A stretch of DNA of 64,000 bases from assembly GCA_965219085.1 (NCBI GenBank), contig OZ244720.1, forward strand, positions 128,001-192,000, written 5' to 3'. The notes under the pieces are model-generated. The model saw nothing but the letters and a program-made list of their open reading frames with translations, was not told the origin of the DNA and searched no databases. Positions 20,544 to 30,615 of the stretch are shown here, in pieces. The stretch is from Dehalococcoidia bacterium (GTDB lineage: Bacteria > Chloroflexota > Dehalococcoidia > UBA2979). The translations under genes and the position numbers were made by a program. How positions within the stretch are numbered: position 1 is the first letter of the stretch; every line of letters begins with the position of its first letter.

Positions 20544-22058
20544 TCAGTCGGCCCCGCGCCGCCGGTACTGGATCGCCTCGGCGAGGTGGGCGGCGCTGAT
20601 CGTCTCGCTACCCGCAAGGTCGGCGATCGTGCGGGCCACGCGCAAGATGCGGTGGAACGCGCGCGCCGAGAGCCCGATCTGCTCCATCGCCGCCGACAGC
20701 AGCGGCTCGGCGTCGGTCTCGAGCTGCTGCTGGCAGAACGCGCGTACCTCGGCCGGGCCCATCTCGGCGTTGGTCAGCTGCGCCGTCCCCGCGAGCCGCT
20801 CGCGCTGGAGCGAGCGCGCGGCCTCGACGCGTTCACGTACCGCCGCGCTCGACTCACCCGACGGTTCGCCCGACAGCTCGTGGTACTCGACGCGCGGGAC
20901 GCCCATGAACAGGTCGAAGCGGTCGAGCAGCGGGCCAGAGACACGTCGCTGGTAGCGCGACACGGTGGAGTCGTTGCAGGAGCAGGTGCGGCGCGAGTCG
21001 CCGTAGTAGCCGCAGGGGCACGGGTTCATCGCGGCGATGAGCAGGATGCGTGCCGGGAACGTCAGCGAGCCGCGCGCCCGCGAGATGGTCACGCTTCCGC
21101 TCTCCAGCGGCTCGCGCAACGCCTCAAGGGCGGCGCCGGGGTACTCGGGGAACTCGTCCAGGAACAGCACGCCGCGGTGCGCGAGTGAGATCTCGCCCGG
21201 GCGGATCGTACTCCCGCCGCCGACGAGGCCCGCGTGCGAGATCGTGTGGTGCGGCGAACGGAACGGTCGTTGCCGCACCATGGCGCGGTCCTGCCCCACC
21301 AACCCGGCGACCGAGTAGATCTTCGTCACGTCGAGGGCTTCGGACGCGCTCAGCTCGGGCAGGATGCCCGGTACCGCGCGCGCGAGGAGCGTCTTCCCGG
21401 CGCCGGGTGGCCCCTGCAGCATCACGTTGTGGCTGCCCGCCGCGGCCACCTCGAGCGCGCGTTTCACGTGCTCCTGGCCGCGTACCACCGCGAGGTCGAC
21501 AGCCGCCGGGTGCTCCTCGCGACCACCATCCGGCTCACAGTCGGCGAGCCACGTCTCCGGGTCCTCGCGCACGTTCGAGAGCGTATCTAGCCCTCGCACC
21601 TCGATCGTCTCTGCCAGTTGCGCCTCGGCCACGTCCTCGGGCGGCACGACGGCGGTCGCGATGCCCTGGTCCGCGCACATCGAGACCAGCGGCAGCACGC
21701 CGTTGACGTGCCGCAGGTGCCCGTCGAGCGAGAGTTCGCCGAGCATCGCCATCTCGCCGAACCGGTCCGGTACCTGCTTCGACGCGACGAGGATGGCGAC
21801 GGCGATCGGGAGGTCGTAGAGGGGGCCCTGCTTGCGCACGTCCGCGGGGGCGAGGTTGACGGTGATGCGGCGCAGCGGGAACTCGAACCCCGCGTTGCGG
21901 ATCGCGGCGCGCACGCGCTCACGCGCCTCCTGCACCGCGGCGTCGGGGAGCCCGACGATGTTGAACGCCGGCAGACCACTGCCGATGTCGACCTCGACGT
22001 CGACGGGGATGCCCTCGACCCCGACAACCGCGCCGCTTCGAACCTTCGCGAGCGTCAT
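20544..22058 (-). CDS. comM: YifB/ComM Mg-chelatase-like AAA+ ATPase
   Basis: VGLPD..ARERVR, NLAPAD, GPPGAGKT, LAHRGVLFLDE, AMNPCPCG. Confidence 0.93.
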   Translation of the reverse strand: MTLAKVRSGAVVGVEGIPVDVEVDIGSGLPAFNIVGLPDAAVQEARERVRAAIRNAGFEFPLRRITVNLAPADVRKQGPLYDLPIAVAILVASKQVPDRFGEMAMLGELSLDGHLRHVNGVLPLVSMCADQGIATAVVPPEDVAEAQLAETIEVRGLDTLSNVREDPETWLADCEPDGGREEHPAAVDLAVVRGQEHVKRALEVAAAGSHNVMLQGPPGAGKTLLARAVPGILPELSASEALDVTKIYSVAGLVGQDRAMVRQRPFRSPHHTISHAGLVGGGSTIRPGEISLAHRGVLFLDEFPEYPGAALEALREPLESGSVTISRARGSLTFPARILLIAAMNPCPCGYYGDSRRTCSCNDSTVSRYQRRVSGPLLDRFDLFMGVPRVEYHELSGEPSGESSAAVRERVEAARSLQRERLAGTAQLTNAEMGPAEVRAFCQQQLETDAEPLLSAAMEQIGLSARAFHRILRVARTIADLAGSETISAAHLAEAIQYRRRGAD

Positions 22059-22132
22059 ATGCGCCTCTCCGTCACCGCGTAACGGCACATCGGCCGTTAC
22101 GGCGCGGAGTCTAGCACATCAGTTCGTTCAAG

Positions 22133-22146
22133 AGAACAATCGTTTC
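22133..22146. promoter_or_regulatory. Candidate LexA box AGAAC-AATC-GTTTC upstream of comM
   Basis: One mismatch to GAAC-N4-GTTC; overlaps the -35 position of an extended -10 TGC-TAGACT (minus strand, 22108-22116). Confidence 0.45.
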
Positions 22147-22159
22147 AACACGGACGTTG

Positions 22160-24355
22160 TCAGCGCTCGGACCGTGCGACGGAGATAACGCCCCGGATAC
22201 CGTCGAGGCGCCCCATCAGTCTGGAGACCTGCGTGCGGCCTTCGGTCTCGAGGGTGAGGTGGATCGTGATGGTGCGGTCACCGTGGTCCTGCGTGCTCAC
22301 GTTGACCATGTTCACGCGCTCGGACGCCACGAAGGTGCTGATGTCGCGCAGCAGGCCGACCCGGTCCCAGGCGCGCACCTCCACGGCGGCTGCATACAAA
22401 GCGCCGCTGTGGCCCCAGTCGCACTCGACGAAGCGCTCGGACTCGGCCGCGTTGCGGGCGTTATGACAGCTCCGGCGGTGGATGGTGACGCCTCGCGCTC
22501 TCGTCACGTAGCCGATGATGTCGTCGCCCGGCAGCGGTCCGCAGCATCGTGCGAGGGTCACGTGCAGGCCGGCCGACCCGAGCACGCGCACGCTCGGCGC
22601 GCCGCTCGTGGCCGTGACGGTGGGCGCTGCGAGCTGTGGCGCCGGCGCGGACTCGACACCGTGGTCGGCGAGCTTGTTGCTCAGGTTCTGCACCGAGACG
22701 TCGCCGTAGCCGACCGCTGCGAGCAGGTCCTCGAAGCTCTCGTAGTTGAAGTCGCTGTGGAAGTCCTCAGGCACCGCGTCGATGCCCATGCGCTTGCGCT
22801 CGCGCTCCAGCAGCTCGCGGCCACGGGCGACGTTCTCGCCGCGCTCCCGGCGGCGGAACCACTGCCGGACCTTCTGCCGCGAGTGGCTCGATCCGAGGTA
22901 GCCGAGCTCCGCGCTCAACCAGTCGCGCGACGGCCCGTTGGAGCGCCGGCTGCTCAGGATCTCGACAATGTCGCCGTTCTGGAGCGGCGTGTTGAGCTGC
23001 GTGATACGCCCGTTGATGCGCGCGCCGGTGCAGTAATGCCCGAGGTCGGTGTGGATGCGGTACGCGAAGTCGATCGGCGTCGAGCCGGCCGGCATCACGC
23101 GCACATCGCCCCGAGGGGTGAACACGAAGACCTGGTCGCGGAACACGTCCGTCTTCACGGACTCGAGGAAGTCCTCGGTGCCCGACGCCTCCTGCTGCCA
23201 CTCGATGAGGTGGCGCAGCCAGGCCATGCGCTCCTCGTACTGGCGGTCGCCGGCGCCGGCGTCCTCCTTGTAGCGCCAGTGCGCCGCGACGCCGTACTCG
23301 GCAATCTCGTGCATCTCGTTGGTGCGGATCTGCACCTCGAACGGGCGCGCGCCCGGCCCCATGACGCTCGTGTGCAGCGACTGGTAGAGCGACTCCTTCG
23401 GGCTCGCGATGTAGTCGTCGAACGCGCCGGGGATCGGGTGCCATGTCTGATGCACCACGCCGAGCGCGTGATAGCAATCGCCGACGTTGCTCACGAGCAC
23501 GCGCAGCGCGACGAGGTCGTGGATCTGGTCGAACGATTTTCCCTCGGCGGCGTAGCGCTGCATCTTCTCGTGCGTCGAGTAGAGGTGCTTCACGCGCCCC
23601 GTCACGTTGGCCTCGACGCCGGCCTCGGTGAGCGTTTCGCGCAGCTGCCGCTCGATGCGCCGCACGAACCGCTCGCGCTGCGTGCGCCGCGAGGAGATCG
23701 CCGAGGCTGCCCGGCGGTACTGCTCGGGTTCGAGCAGGCGGAACGCGAGGTCCTCGAGCTGCCACTTCATCTGCCAGATGCCGAGCCGGCCGGCGAGCGG
23801 CGCGTAGATGTCCATCGTCTCGCGTGCGATCTCGCGCTGCCGGTGCGGTTCGAGGTGTTCGATGGTGCGCATGTTGTGCAGCCGGTCGGCGATCTTCACG
23901 ATCACGACCCGCACGTCCTCGGCCATCGCGAGCAGCATCTTGCGCACAGTCTCGGCGTCGACGGCGCCCTTGCCCCCGGGCGCTGCCGTCGAGGGGATGT
24001 GGTCGATCTTCGTGGCGCCCTCGACGAGTCTGGCGATGTCGGCGCCAAAGCCGCTGATCAGCTGCTCACGGCTGACGTCGCAGTCCTCCATGACGTCGTG
24101 GAGGAGCGCCGCCTGCACGGTGTGGGCGTCCATGTGCAGCTCGCCGACGAGTTTCGCGACGGCCACGGGATGCGTGATGTAGGGCTCGCCGGAGCGCCGC
24201 AGCTGCTCGCGGTGGCACTCGGCGGCGAACTCGTACGCGTGCCGGACTTCTTCGAGGCGGTCGTCGGGGAGGTACCCGCGCAGCGATTCAAGCAGCTCCG
24301 AGGAGCCGTCGTCGTAGGCCGTGCCGGTGCGTTCGTCCACGCTGGACGTCGTCAT
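22160..24355 (-). CDS. rel: Bifunctional (p)ppGpp synthetase/hydrolase (long RSH)
   Basis: HD hydrolase (LLHDVMED), YQSLHT, EVQIRT, TGS (DFAYRIHT), ARCC, ACT. Confidence 0.95.
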   Translation of the reverse strand: MTTSSVDERTGTAYDDGSSELLESLRGYLPDDRLEEVRHAYEFAAECHREQLRRSGEPYITHPVAVAKLVGELHMDAHTVQAALLHDVMEDCDVSREQLISGFGADIARLVEGATKIDHIPSTAAPGGKGAVDAETVRKMLLAMAEDVRVVIVKIADRLHNMRTIEHLEPHRQREIARETMDIYAPLAGRLGIWQMKWQLEDLAFRLLEPEQYRRAASAISSRRTQRERFVRRIERQLRETLTEAGVEANVTGRVKHLYSTHEKMQRYAAEGKSFDQIHDLVALRVLVSNVGDCYHALGVVHQTWHPIPGAFDDYIASPKESLYQSLHTSVMGPGARPFEVQIRTNEMHEIAEYGVAAHWRYKEDAGAGDRQYEERMAWLRHLIEWQQEASGTEDFLESVKTDVFRDQVFVFTPRGDVRVMPAGSTPIDFAYRIHTDLGHYCTGARINGRITQLNTPLQNGDIVEILSSRRSNGPSRDWLSAELGYLGSSHSRQKVRQWFRRRERGENVARGRELLERERKRMGIDAVPEDFHSDFNYESFEDLLAAVGYGDVSVQNLSNKLADHGVESAPAPQLAAPTVTATSGAPSVRVLGSAGLHVTLARCCGPLPGDDIIGYVTRARGVTIHRRSCHNARNAAESERFVECDWGHSGALYAAAVEVRAWDRVGLLRDISTFVASERVNMVNVSTQDHGDRTITIHLTLETEGRTQVSRLMGRLDGIRGVISVARSER

Positions 24356-24461
24356 GATCAGGCAGGTTAGCACTTCGGCGCTCCCGGAGACAGCGCGTGA
24401 TGAACGCGACCGGCGCAACGCGTACCCTCGTTCGAGCGACGGCGAGCGCGCCGGAGGGCGT

Positions 24462-25802
24462 ATGGCGGACCTGCAGGCTCCTCGCGGCATGAGCGACGTC
24501 CTCCCCGAGGACGAACCGCTGTGGCGCTTCGTCCGCGACACCGCGGAACGCGTCGCCCGCTCCTTCGACTACCGGCTCATCACCACCCCGATCGTCGAGG
24601 ATATGCGCGTCTTCGCCCGCACGGCCGGAGACGAGTCCGACATCGTCTCGAAAGAGATGTATGTCTTCGAGGACCGTGGCGGCGGCGAGCTCGCCCTGCG
24701 GCCCGAGGGCACCGCGGCCGTCTGCCGCGCCTACATCGAGCACGGCATGGGCAGCCGCCCGCAGCCGGTCCGCCTCTACTACTTCGGCCCGATGTTCCGC
24801 TACGACCGCCCGCAGGCGGGCCGCTACCGTCAGCTCTGGCAGTTCGGCGTCGAGTGCATCGGCGACCCCTCGCCGGCCGCCGACGCCGAGATCATCGAGC
24901 TGCAGTACACGCTCTTCCGCGAGCTCGGGCTGATTCGGACGGACACGGCGGCTCCCGGTCACGACCTCGTGCTGCGCATCAACTCGATCGGTACGGCGGA
25001 CACGCGCCGCACCTACGTCGACGTGCTGCGCGAGCACCTGCGCCCGCACCTCGACGGCCTCACGGCCGACTCGCAGCGCCGGTTCGAGACGAACGTGCTG
25101 CGCATCCTCGACTCGAAGGAAGACTCCGCCCACCCCGCGCTCACGAGCGCACCGAGCATCCTCGACTACCTCACCGACGACGACGCCCAACACTTCGCGG
25201 AGGTGCGCGCACTCCTCGACGCCTCGAGCGTCCCCTACGAGATCGCGCCGCACATCGTGCGCGGCCTCGACTACTACGCGCGCACCGTGTGGGAGTTCGA
25301 GCCGCCGGAAGCCGAGGGCTCAGCCTCCCCTGGACGCGGGGATGCCCCGCGGGGCGGTGGCGGCCAACAGGGCACCGTCAGCGCCGGCGGCCGCTACGAC
25401 GGCCTCATCGAGCTCCTCGGCGGCCCGCCGACGCCGGGCACCGGCACCGCGATGGGCGTCGAGCGCACGATCCTCAACCTCCGCGCCCGTGGCATCGAGG
25501 CGCCCTCGGACGCCGCGGTCGACGTGGTCATGATCCCGCTCGGCGAGCACGGCCCGGGGGCGGCGCTGCGCCTCGCGCAGGCGTTGCGCGCGGCGGGCCT
25601 CGTCGTGCGCGCGGGCATCCCGGGCCGCTCGATGCGCGCGCAGCTCCGCAGCGCCGGCGCCTCCGGCGCCCGCTACGCCGCCATCCTCGGCGACAACGAG
25701 GCGGAGCGCGGCGTCGTGCAGCTCAAGCACCTCGCCGGTGACGGGGAGCAGCGCGAGGTTGCACTGAGCGATGCGCCAAGTGTCGTCGGAGGCGACGAGT
25801 AG
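24462..25802 (+). CDS. hisS: Histidine--tRNA ligase
   Basis: LRPEGTA, FRYDRPQAGRYRQ, RGLDYY, GGRYDGL. Confidence 0.96.
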   Translation: MADLQAPRGMSDVLPEDEPLWRFVRDTAERVARSFDYRLITTPIVEDMRVFARTAGDESDIVSKEMYVFEDRGGGELALRPEGTAAVCRAYIEHGMGSRPQPVRLYYFGPMFRYDRPQAGRYRQLWQFGVECIGDPSPAADAEIIELQYTLFRELGLIRTDTAAPGHDLVLRINSIGTADTRRTYVDVLREHLRPHLDGLTADSQRRFETNVLRILDSKEDSAHPALTSAPSILDYLTDDDAQHFAEVRALLDASSVPYEIAPHIVRGLDYYARTVWEFEPPEAEGSASPGRGDAPRGGGGQQGTVSAGGRYDGLIELLGGPPTPGTGTAMGVERTILNLRARGIEAPSDAAVDVVMIPLGEHGPGAALRLAQALRAAGLVVRAGIPGRSMRAQLRSAGASGARYAAILGDNEAERGVVQLKHLAGDGEQREVALSDAPSVVGGDE

Positions 25803-25811
25803 GCGCTGACT

Positions 25812-26174
25812 TCAGTCGACTGGTGCCAGCCAGTGCTCGCCCTCGATAGTCTCGCCTGAACGCAGCAGCGCGTCGAGCGCGCGCACGAGGCGACCGACTG
25901 TGCGCGGATGCCCGCGCGGCCAGCGCCGGTTGCTCGTCAGGATCAGCCCGAGGTGCTGACCGCCGGACCGAACCTCGGCGGCGGCAAGCCGGCGGTAGTC
26001 GCCCCGATCCTCCGTCACGACCAAGCGATCGTCCGCACGCGCAACAGCGAGAATCCCGTGGTCCGGAAGGCCGCGCAGCGTGTGCACATCGCTCACGGCA
26101 ACAACGTCGTGGCCGCGCGCTTGCAACCCCGCTGCCACGGCCGGGTCCATCATTTCGTCGAGGAGCAGCTTCAA
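25812..26174 (-). CDS. DUF5615 PIN-like toxin
   Basis: KLLLDEM..GHDV..LPDHGIL..LVVTED; overlaps the partner gene. Confidence 0.8.
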   Translation of the reverse strand: MKLLLDEMMDPAVAAGLQARGHDVVAVSDVHTLRGLPDHGILAVARADDRLVVTEDRGDYRRLAAAEVRSGGQHLGLILTSNRRWPRGHPRTVGRLVRALDALLRSGETIEGEHWLAPVD

Positions 26175-26608
26175 GCGCGCTGGAGCTCGCGCTTACGCAG
26201 CCACTCGGCCTCCGCGCGTTCCGACTCGTCGTCGAGGACGCGCATCCATTCGTCAATCTCGTCGTGGTAGTCGATGTAGTACCCGATGGCGGCCAGCATC
26301 GTGTGGCGCGGCACGCTGCTGAGGAGCGCGATCGCGTGGTCGGCGGCGCGCTCAATCGCTTCATCGCTGTCGAGCGGGAGGTCGCGGAAGAGACGGGCCA
26401 CCATCCATACGTCCGGGCCGCCCATGAGTACCGGGCGCCGGCCTGCGGGCTCCGTGCGGAAGAATACCCACGGGTGCTTCGCCATGCGCAAGCCCTCGTC
26501 GAGGAGCCGCGCCGCCGCGTCCTCACGCGACTCGCCTTCCTCGCGGACGTGCTCATCGAGCGCCTGGAGCGCTGCGTCGTCGAGTTCGATCGAAAGATCC
26601 TTCTTCAC
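26171..26608 (-). CDS. RHH/DUF433-like antitoxin
   Basis: RHH-like N-terminus, HPWVFFR..GRRP..GPDVW, AIGYY..EIDEW. Confidence 0.7.
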   Translation of the reverse strand: MKKDLSIELDDAALQALDEHVREEGESREDAAARLLDEGLRMAKHPWVFFRTEPAGRRPVLMGGPDVWMVARLFRDLPLDSDEAIERAADHAIALLSSVPRHTMLAAIGYYIDYHDEIDEWMRVLDDESERAEAEWLRKRELQRA

Positions 26609-26725
26609 CCCTGAGCCTCCACCGCGTGGGAGCGGTCGACACATCGTAGCATCGCGGCCCGCGCGGGCTCCCCACGAGCGCCCCTGCTAAATGATCAGCG
26701 GTCGAACGCATCGCGAGGTGGGAGC

Positions 26726-26772
26726 AGGCACCGCTGGGTCGCGCGGTCGGACCGCGCGACCCAGCGGTGCCT
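26726..26772. repeat. Perfect 47-bp palindrome (23-bp arms, 1-nt centre)
   Basis: AGGCACCGCTGGGTCGCGCGGTC-G-GACCGCGCGACCCAGCGGTGCCT. Confidence 0.95.
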
Positions 26773-26863
26773 CCGACGACCGTCGCATGGCCGACCTCCC
26801 GCGCGAACGCTATGCTAGACGCATCACCCTGGCGCGCATTCTCCACAAGCCGAGAGGGACTCC

Positions 26864-28612
26864 GTGACCGACGCAGTAGCGCTGCACACCATCTTCGAGC
26901 CCGACCAGATCTTCGAGGCGCCTCTCTTCCAGCGCCGTTACCGGTGGTCCCCCACGGGATCTCGGCGCGAGTTGGCCCGGTTCTGGGACGACATTAGCGA
27001 CCTAGAGAATGAGACCACTGAATCCTTGTTCCTCGGCGCGATCATCACGAAGCCATCGCAACCGAGCTCGACGACCAGGGCTGCGCGGTTCTCACTGATC
27101 GATGGACAGCAGCGGCTCACTACCATCTTCTTAACGATACTGGCTGCCGCAGTCGAACTACTAGAACGAGGTTACGAAACGGATAGTGAGCGTCTGATCT
27201 CAAGCTACCTAGGGATCGCGAACCGGAGAGAAGACCGCGCCCTCCCAAAGATGATCGTTACTACACCTGATGTTGCCGAATACGCGGCCTTAATTCGAAA
27301 TGCTAAGAGCCAGAATATCCGCTTCGGTACGTTGCAACCGCACCGCCAAGGATTAATGACGAGATGTTTTGACTACGCGCGCCTTCAGATCAAAAATCGC
27401 ATCGTAAACAAAGCACCAGAGATCACCGACTCAGAGGCGATTCTCAATCTGATCGACCTAATTCTTGCGAAGGCCGAGCTCGTAGAAATCCAATTGGAGC
27501 CCAGACACGATCCCAGTGAAGTCTTTGATCGGCTCAACCGTGAAGGAGCTCCGCTCACTGTTGCCGACCTGGTCCGGAATCATGTCTTTGGGAAACTCTC
27601 GGGGAACCGGGTGCTCGCGCAGAACATACACTCGCAGCTATGGGAACCTTTCGAGCAACGTCTTGATGACGCTATAGATAACTATTTCTTTCCGTTCGCC
27701 CTCATACGCGATCCGCAAACTACAAAGTCGCGCTCAATGAACGCCCTCGAGCAGTATTGGAACGATCTCAATCGCGAAGAGGCCGATCACGAGCAGCAGA
27801 TTAAGAACATCGTTGACGATATCGAACTATTCGTCCCTGCGTTCCTGTGCCTGACGGCGGGCCGCGACTACGCTGGCCTCCCACGCGATGTGGCCGCGGT
27901 AGCACGGCGGCTTTACCGAATGAATCCGCCGTCAGTGATCCTTCCGTTCCCGATGCGTGTGCTGGAGGCTGCGGCCTCAGGTGAACTGGACCTTGAACAA
28001 GCAGCCGAATCATTAACGATTGTCGAAGCGTTCTTGGTTCGACGGGCGTTTGTCGGCCTGGAGCCGACAGGGCTGCACACAGTGTTCAAAGTCCTTTGGG
28101 ATCGATCAGCAGGAGCTGACCCAGCGAAGGTCCGCAAGGAACTCGAAGCTCGGAGCATGCGGTTCCCAGGGGACGATATCGTGCGTTCAAACATCATGCG
28201 GGAACCTCTATACGGCCGACGGCTCTGTCATTACATCATGGAAGAATACGAGGTTTCTTTGCGAAGAGGTGATCGGCTAAGCGCCACGCAACTGTCTGGG
28301 TTCACCATCGACCACGTAGCTCCACAGAGCCTCAAAGGGGAATGGGCTGACGTCTTCCGTGACGCCGAGGAAAAGCTCATCGGTAGCTGGGGCAACTTGG
28401 TTCCGCTCTCGCAGGCTGCCAACTCGACGAAGAGCACAATGTCTTGGTCGGACGCGCAAGACCTGCTGCGCAGAGATACGATCTATAAGTCGACGATGAC
28501 GATCTACGAAGACTACGAACAATGGACGCCAAGCGAAATCGAGGACCGTAACCGCGAGCTAGCTGAATGGGCCATAGGGCAGTGGCCTTCCTTCAGTCAT
28601 CACCTACCCTAG
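26864..28612 (+). CDS. GmrSD-type DUF262-DUF1524 restriction endonuclease
   Basis: FQRRYRW, IDGQQRLTT, FDRLNREG, TIDHVAPQ..GNLVPL..NSTKS (HNH); visibly lower GC. Confidence 0.88.
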   Translation: MTDAVALHTIFEPDQIFEAPLFQRRYRWSPTGSRRELARFWDDISDLENETTESLFLGAIITKPSQPSSTTRAARFSLIDGQQRLTTIFLTILAAAVELLERGYETDSERLISSYLGIANRREDRALPKMIVTTPDVAEYAALIRNAKSQNIRFGTLQPHRQGLMTRCFDYARLQIKNRIVNKAPEITDSEAILNLIDLILAKAELVEIQLEPRHDPSEVFDRLNREGAPLTVADLVRNHVFGKLSGNRVLAQNIHSQLWEPFEQRLDDAIDNYFFPFALIRDPQTTKSRSMNALEQYWNDLNREEADHEQQIKNIVDDIELFVPAFLCLTAGRDYAGLPRDVAAVARRLYRMNPPSVILPFPMRVLEAAASGELDLEQAAESLTIVEAFLVRRAFVGLEPTGLHTVFKVLWDRSAGADPAKVRKELEARSMRFPGDDIVRSNIMREPLYGRRLCHYIMEEYEVSLRRGDRLSATQLSGFTIDHVAPQSLKGEWADVFRDAEEKLIGSWGNLVPLSQAANSTKSTMSWSDAQDLLRRDTIYKSTMTIYEDYEQWTPSEIEDRNRELAEWAIGQWPSFSHHLP

Positions 28613-28616
28613 TCCC

Positions 28617-29684
28617 ATGCTCGAACGTATTGCCGAGATCGAAGCGCGGTTCGAGGAGCTCACGGCGCTCCTCGCCGACCCGGAGGTGATGTCCGACCAC
28701 CGCCGCATGGCCGAAATCGCCCGCGAACGCTCCCACCTCGAACGCACCGTCGACCTCGGCCGTCGCTTCCGCGACACCCGCGAGGCCCTCGACGACGCGC
28801 ACGACCTCCTGCGCTCCAACGACGAGGACGAGCGCGAGCTCGCCCGCGAGGAGGAGGAGCGGCTGTCACCTCTGTTCGCGCAGCTCGAGGAGGACCTGAA
28901 GGTCGCCCTGCTGCCTCGCGACCCCGCCGACGAGAAGGACGCCATCGTTGAGATCCGCGGCGGCGCCGGCGGCGACGAGGCCGCCCTGTTCGCCGCCGAC
29001 CTGTTCCGCATGTACTCGCGCTACGCGGAGCGCCAGGGCTGGCGGCTGGAGGTGCTCAACACCTCGGAGTCCGGCCCCGGCGGATACCGCGAGATCACGT
29101 TCGAGGTGAGCGGTCAGGACGCGTATCGACGCATGAAGCACGAGTCCGGCGTCCACCGCGTGCAGCGCGTGCCCGAGACCGAGTCGCAGGGGCGCATCCA
29201 CACCTCGACGGCTACGGTCGCCGTCCTGCCCGAGGTCGACGAGGTCGAGGTCGACATCGACTGGTCCGAGGTGCGGATCGACATCTTCCACGCGAGCAGC
29301 GCGGGCGGCCAGAACGTGAACAAGGTGGCCACGGCCGTGCGCTTCACGCACGAGCCGACGGGCACCGTCGTGATCTGCCAGGACGAGCGCTCGCAGGCCA
29401 AGAACCGCGCGAAGGCGGCAAGCGTGCTGCGCGCGCGCCTCTACGAGCTCGAGCGCGCGAAGGCCGACGCCGAGGTCGCCGACGCCCGCCGTACGCAGGT
29501 CGGCACCGGGGACCGCTCGGAGAAGATCCGCACCTACAATTTCCCGCAGGACCGCGTCACCGACCATCGCGTAAATGTCACGCTGCACAGCCTCCCGCGC
29601 ATCCTCGACGGCGAGATCGAGGCCCTCATCGACGCCGTCCAGCTCGATGAGCAGTCGCGCCTCCTCGCCGCCACCGCCGGCTAG
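28617..29684 (+). CDS. prfA: Peptide chain release factor 1
   Basis: GGDEA, VHRVQRVPETE (PxT), GGQ, SEKIRTYNFPQ. Confidence 0.97.
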   Translation: MLERIAEIEARFEELTALLADPEVMSDHRRMAEIARERSHLERTVDLGRRFRDTREALDDAHDLLRSNDEDERELAREEEERLSPLFAQLEEDLKVALLPRDPADEKDAIVEIRGGAGGDEAALFAADLFRMYSRYAERQGWRLEVLNTSESGPGGYREITFEVSGQDAYRRMKHESGVHRVQRVPETESQGRIHTSTATVAVLPEVDEVEVDIDWSEVRIDIFHASSAGGQNVNKVATAVRFTHEPTGTVVICQDERSQAKNRAKAASVLRARLYELERAKADAEVADARRTQVGTGDRSEKIRTYNFPQDRVTDHRVNVTLHSLPRILDGEIEALIDAVQLDEQSRLLAATAG

Positions 29685-29698
29685 CCACCCTCGACGTC

Positions 29699-30598
29699 GT
29701 GACCAGCAGCAGCGAGCCCGTCCCGTCGCTCAGTGAGCGGCTGCACGCGGCCGCCTCCGACCTGCTCGATCGAGGCGCCTCCGGCGACCTCGACGAGGCG
29801 CGACTCGAAGTCGAGCTGTTATACGGCGAGGCCGCTGGGTTGACGCGCGTGCAGGTCATCGCCGCGTCGCGTGAGCCCGCCGACGTTGCGCACCTCGCGG
29901 CGTTCGAAACGCTGCTGGAGCGCCGCCGCGAGCGCGAGCCGCTCGCGTACATCCTCGGGCGACGCGAGTTCTACGGGCTGACGTTCGAGGTCGGCCCCGG
30001 CGCGCTCATCCCGCGCCCGGAGACCGAGACGCTGGTGGAGGCGACGCTGGCGGCGATCCGCGCGCACCCCAACGCGCGCCGCCTCGTGCGCGTCGCCGAC
30101 GCGGGCACGGGCAGCGGCGCGGTCGCGCTCGCCGTCGCGCGGCACGCCCCGCAGGCGAAGGTCTTCGCCACCGACGCGTCGACCGAGGCGCTGGCGTGGG
30201 CGGGCCGCAACCGCACGCGCTTCGGACTGCTCGACCGCGTGGTGCTGCTCACCGGCGACCTCCTCGAACCCATCGGCGAGCCGCTCGACGTGGTCGCCGC
30301 GAACCTGCCGTACATCCCCACCGATGAGTTCGAGCGCCTCCCCGCAGAGATCCGCGCCGCCGAGCCCCGTCTCGCCGTCGACGGCGGTGAGACAGGCGTG
30401 GATGTCATCCGCGCGTTCGTCGACCAGCTCCCGGACCACGTCGCCGAGGGCCCCGTCGCCGTGCTGCTCGAGCTCGGCGGCGGCCAGTCCGGCCTTGTCG
30501 GCGACTGGGTGACGGCGGCGCTGGGTGGCGGGGAGACTGAGGTGCATCGCGACCTGGCGGGGAACCGGCGGGTGCTGGAGGTGCGGCGAGGGTATTGA
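29699..30598 (+). CDS. prmC: Release factor glutamine methyltransferase
   Basis: EPLAYILG, LIPRPETE, DAGTGSG, ANLPYI. Confidence 0.93.
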   Translation: MTSSSEPVPSLSERLHAAASDLLDRGASGDLDEARLEVELLYGEAAGLTRVQVIAASREPADVAHLAAFETLLERRREREPLAYILGRREFYGLTFEVGPGALIPRPETETLVEATLAAIRAHPNARRLVRVADAGTGSGAVALAVARHAPQAKVFATDASTEALAWAGRNRTRFGLLDRVVLLTGDLLEPIGEPLDVVAANLPYIPTDEFERLPAEIRAAEPRLAVDGGETGVDVIRAFVDQLPDHVAEGPVAVLLELGGGQSGLVGDWVTAALGGGETEVHRDLAGNRRVLEVRRGY

Positions 30599-30615
30599 GT
30601 ACCCGGAAACTGCAA

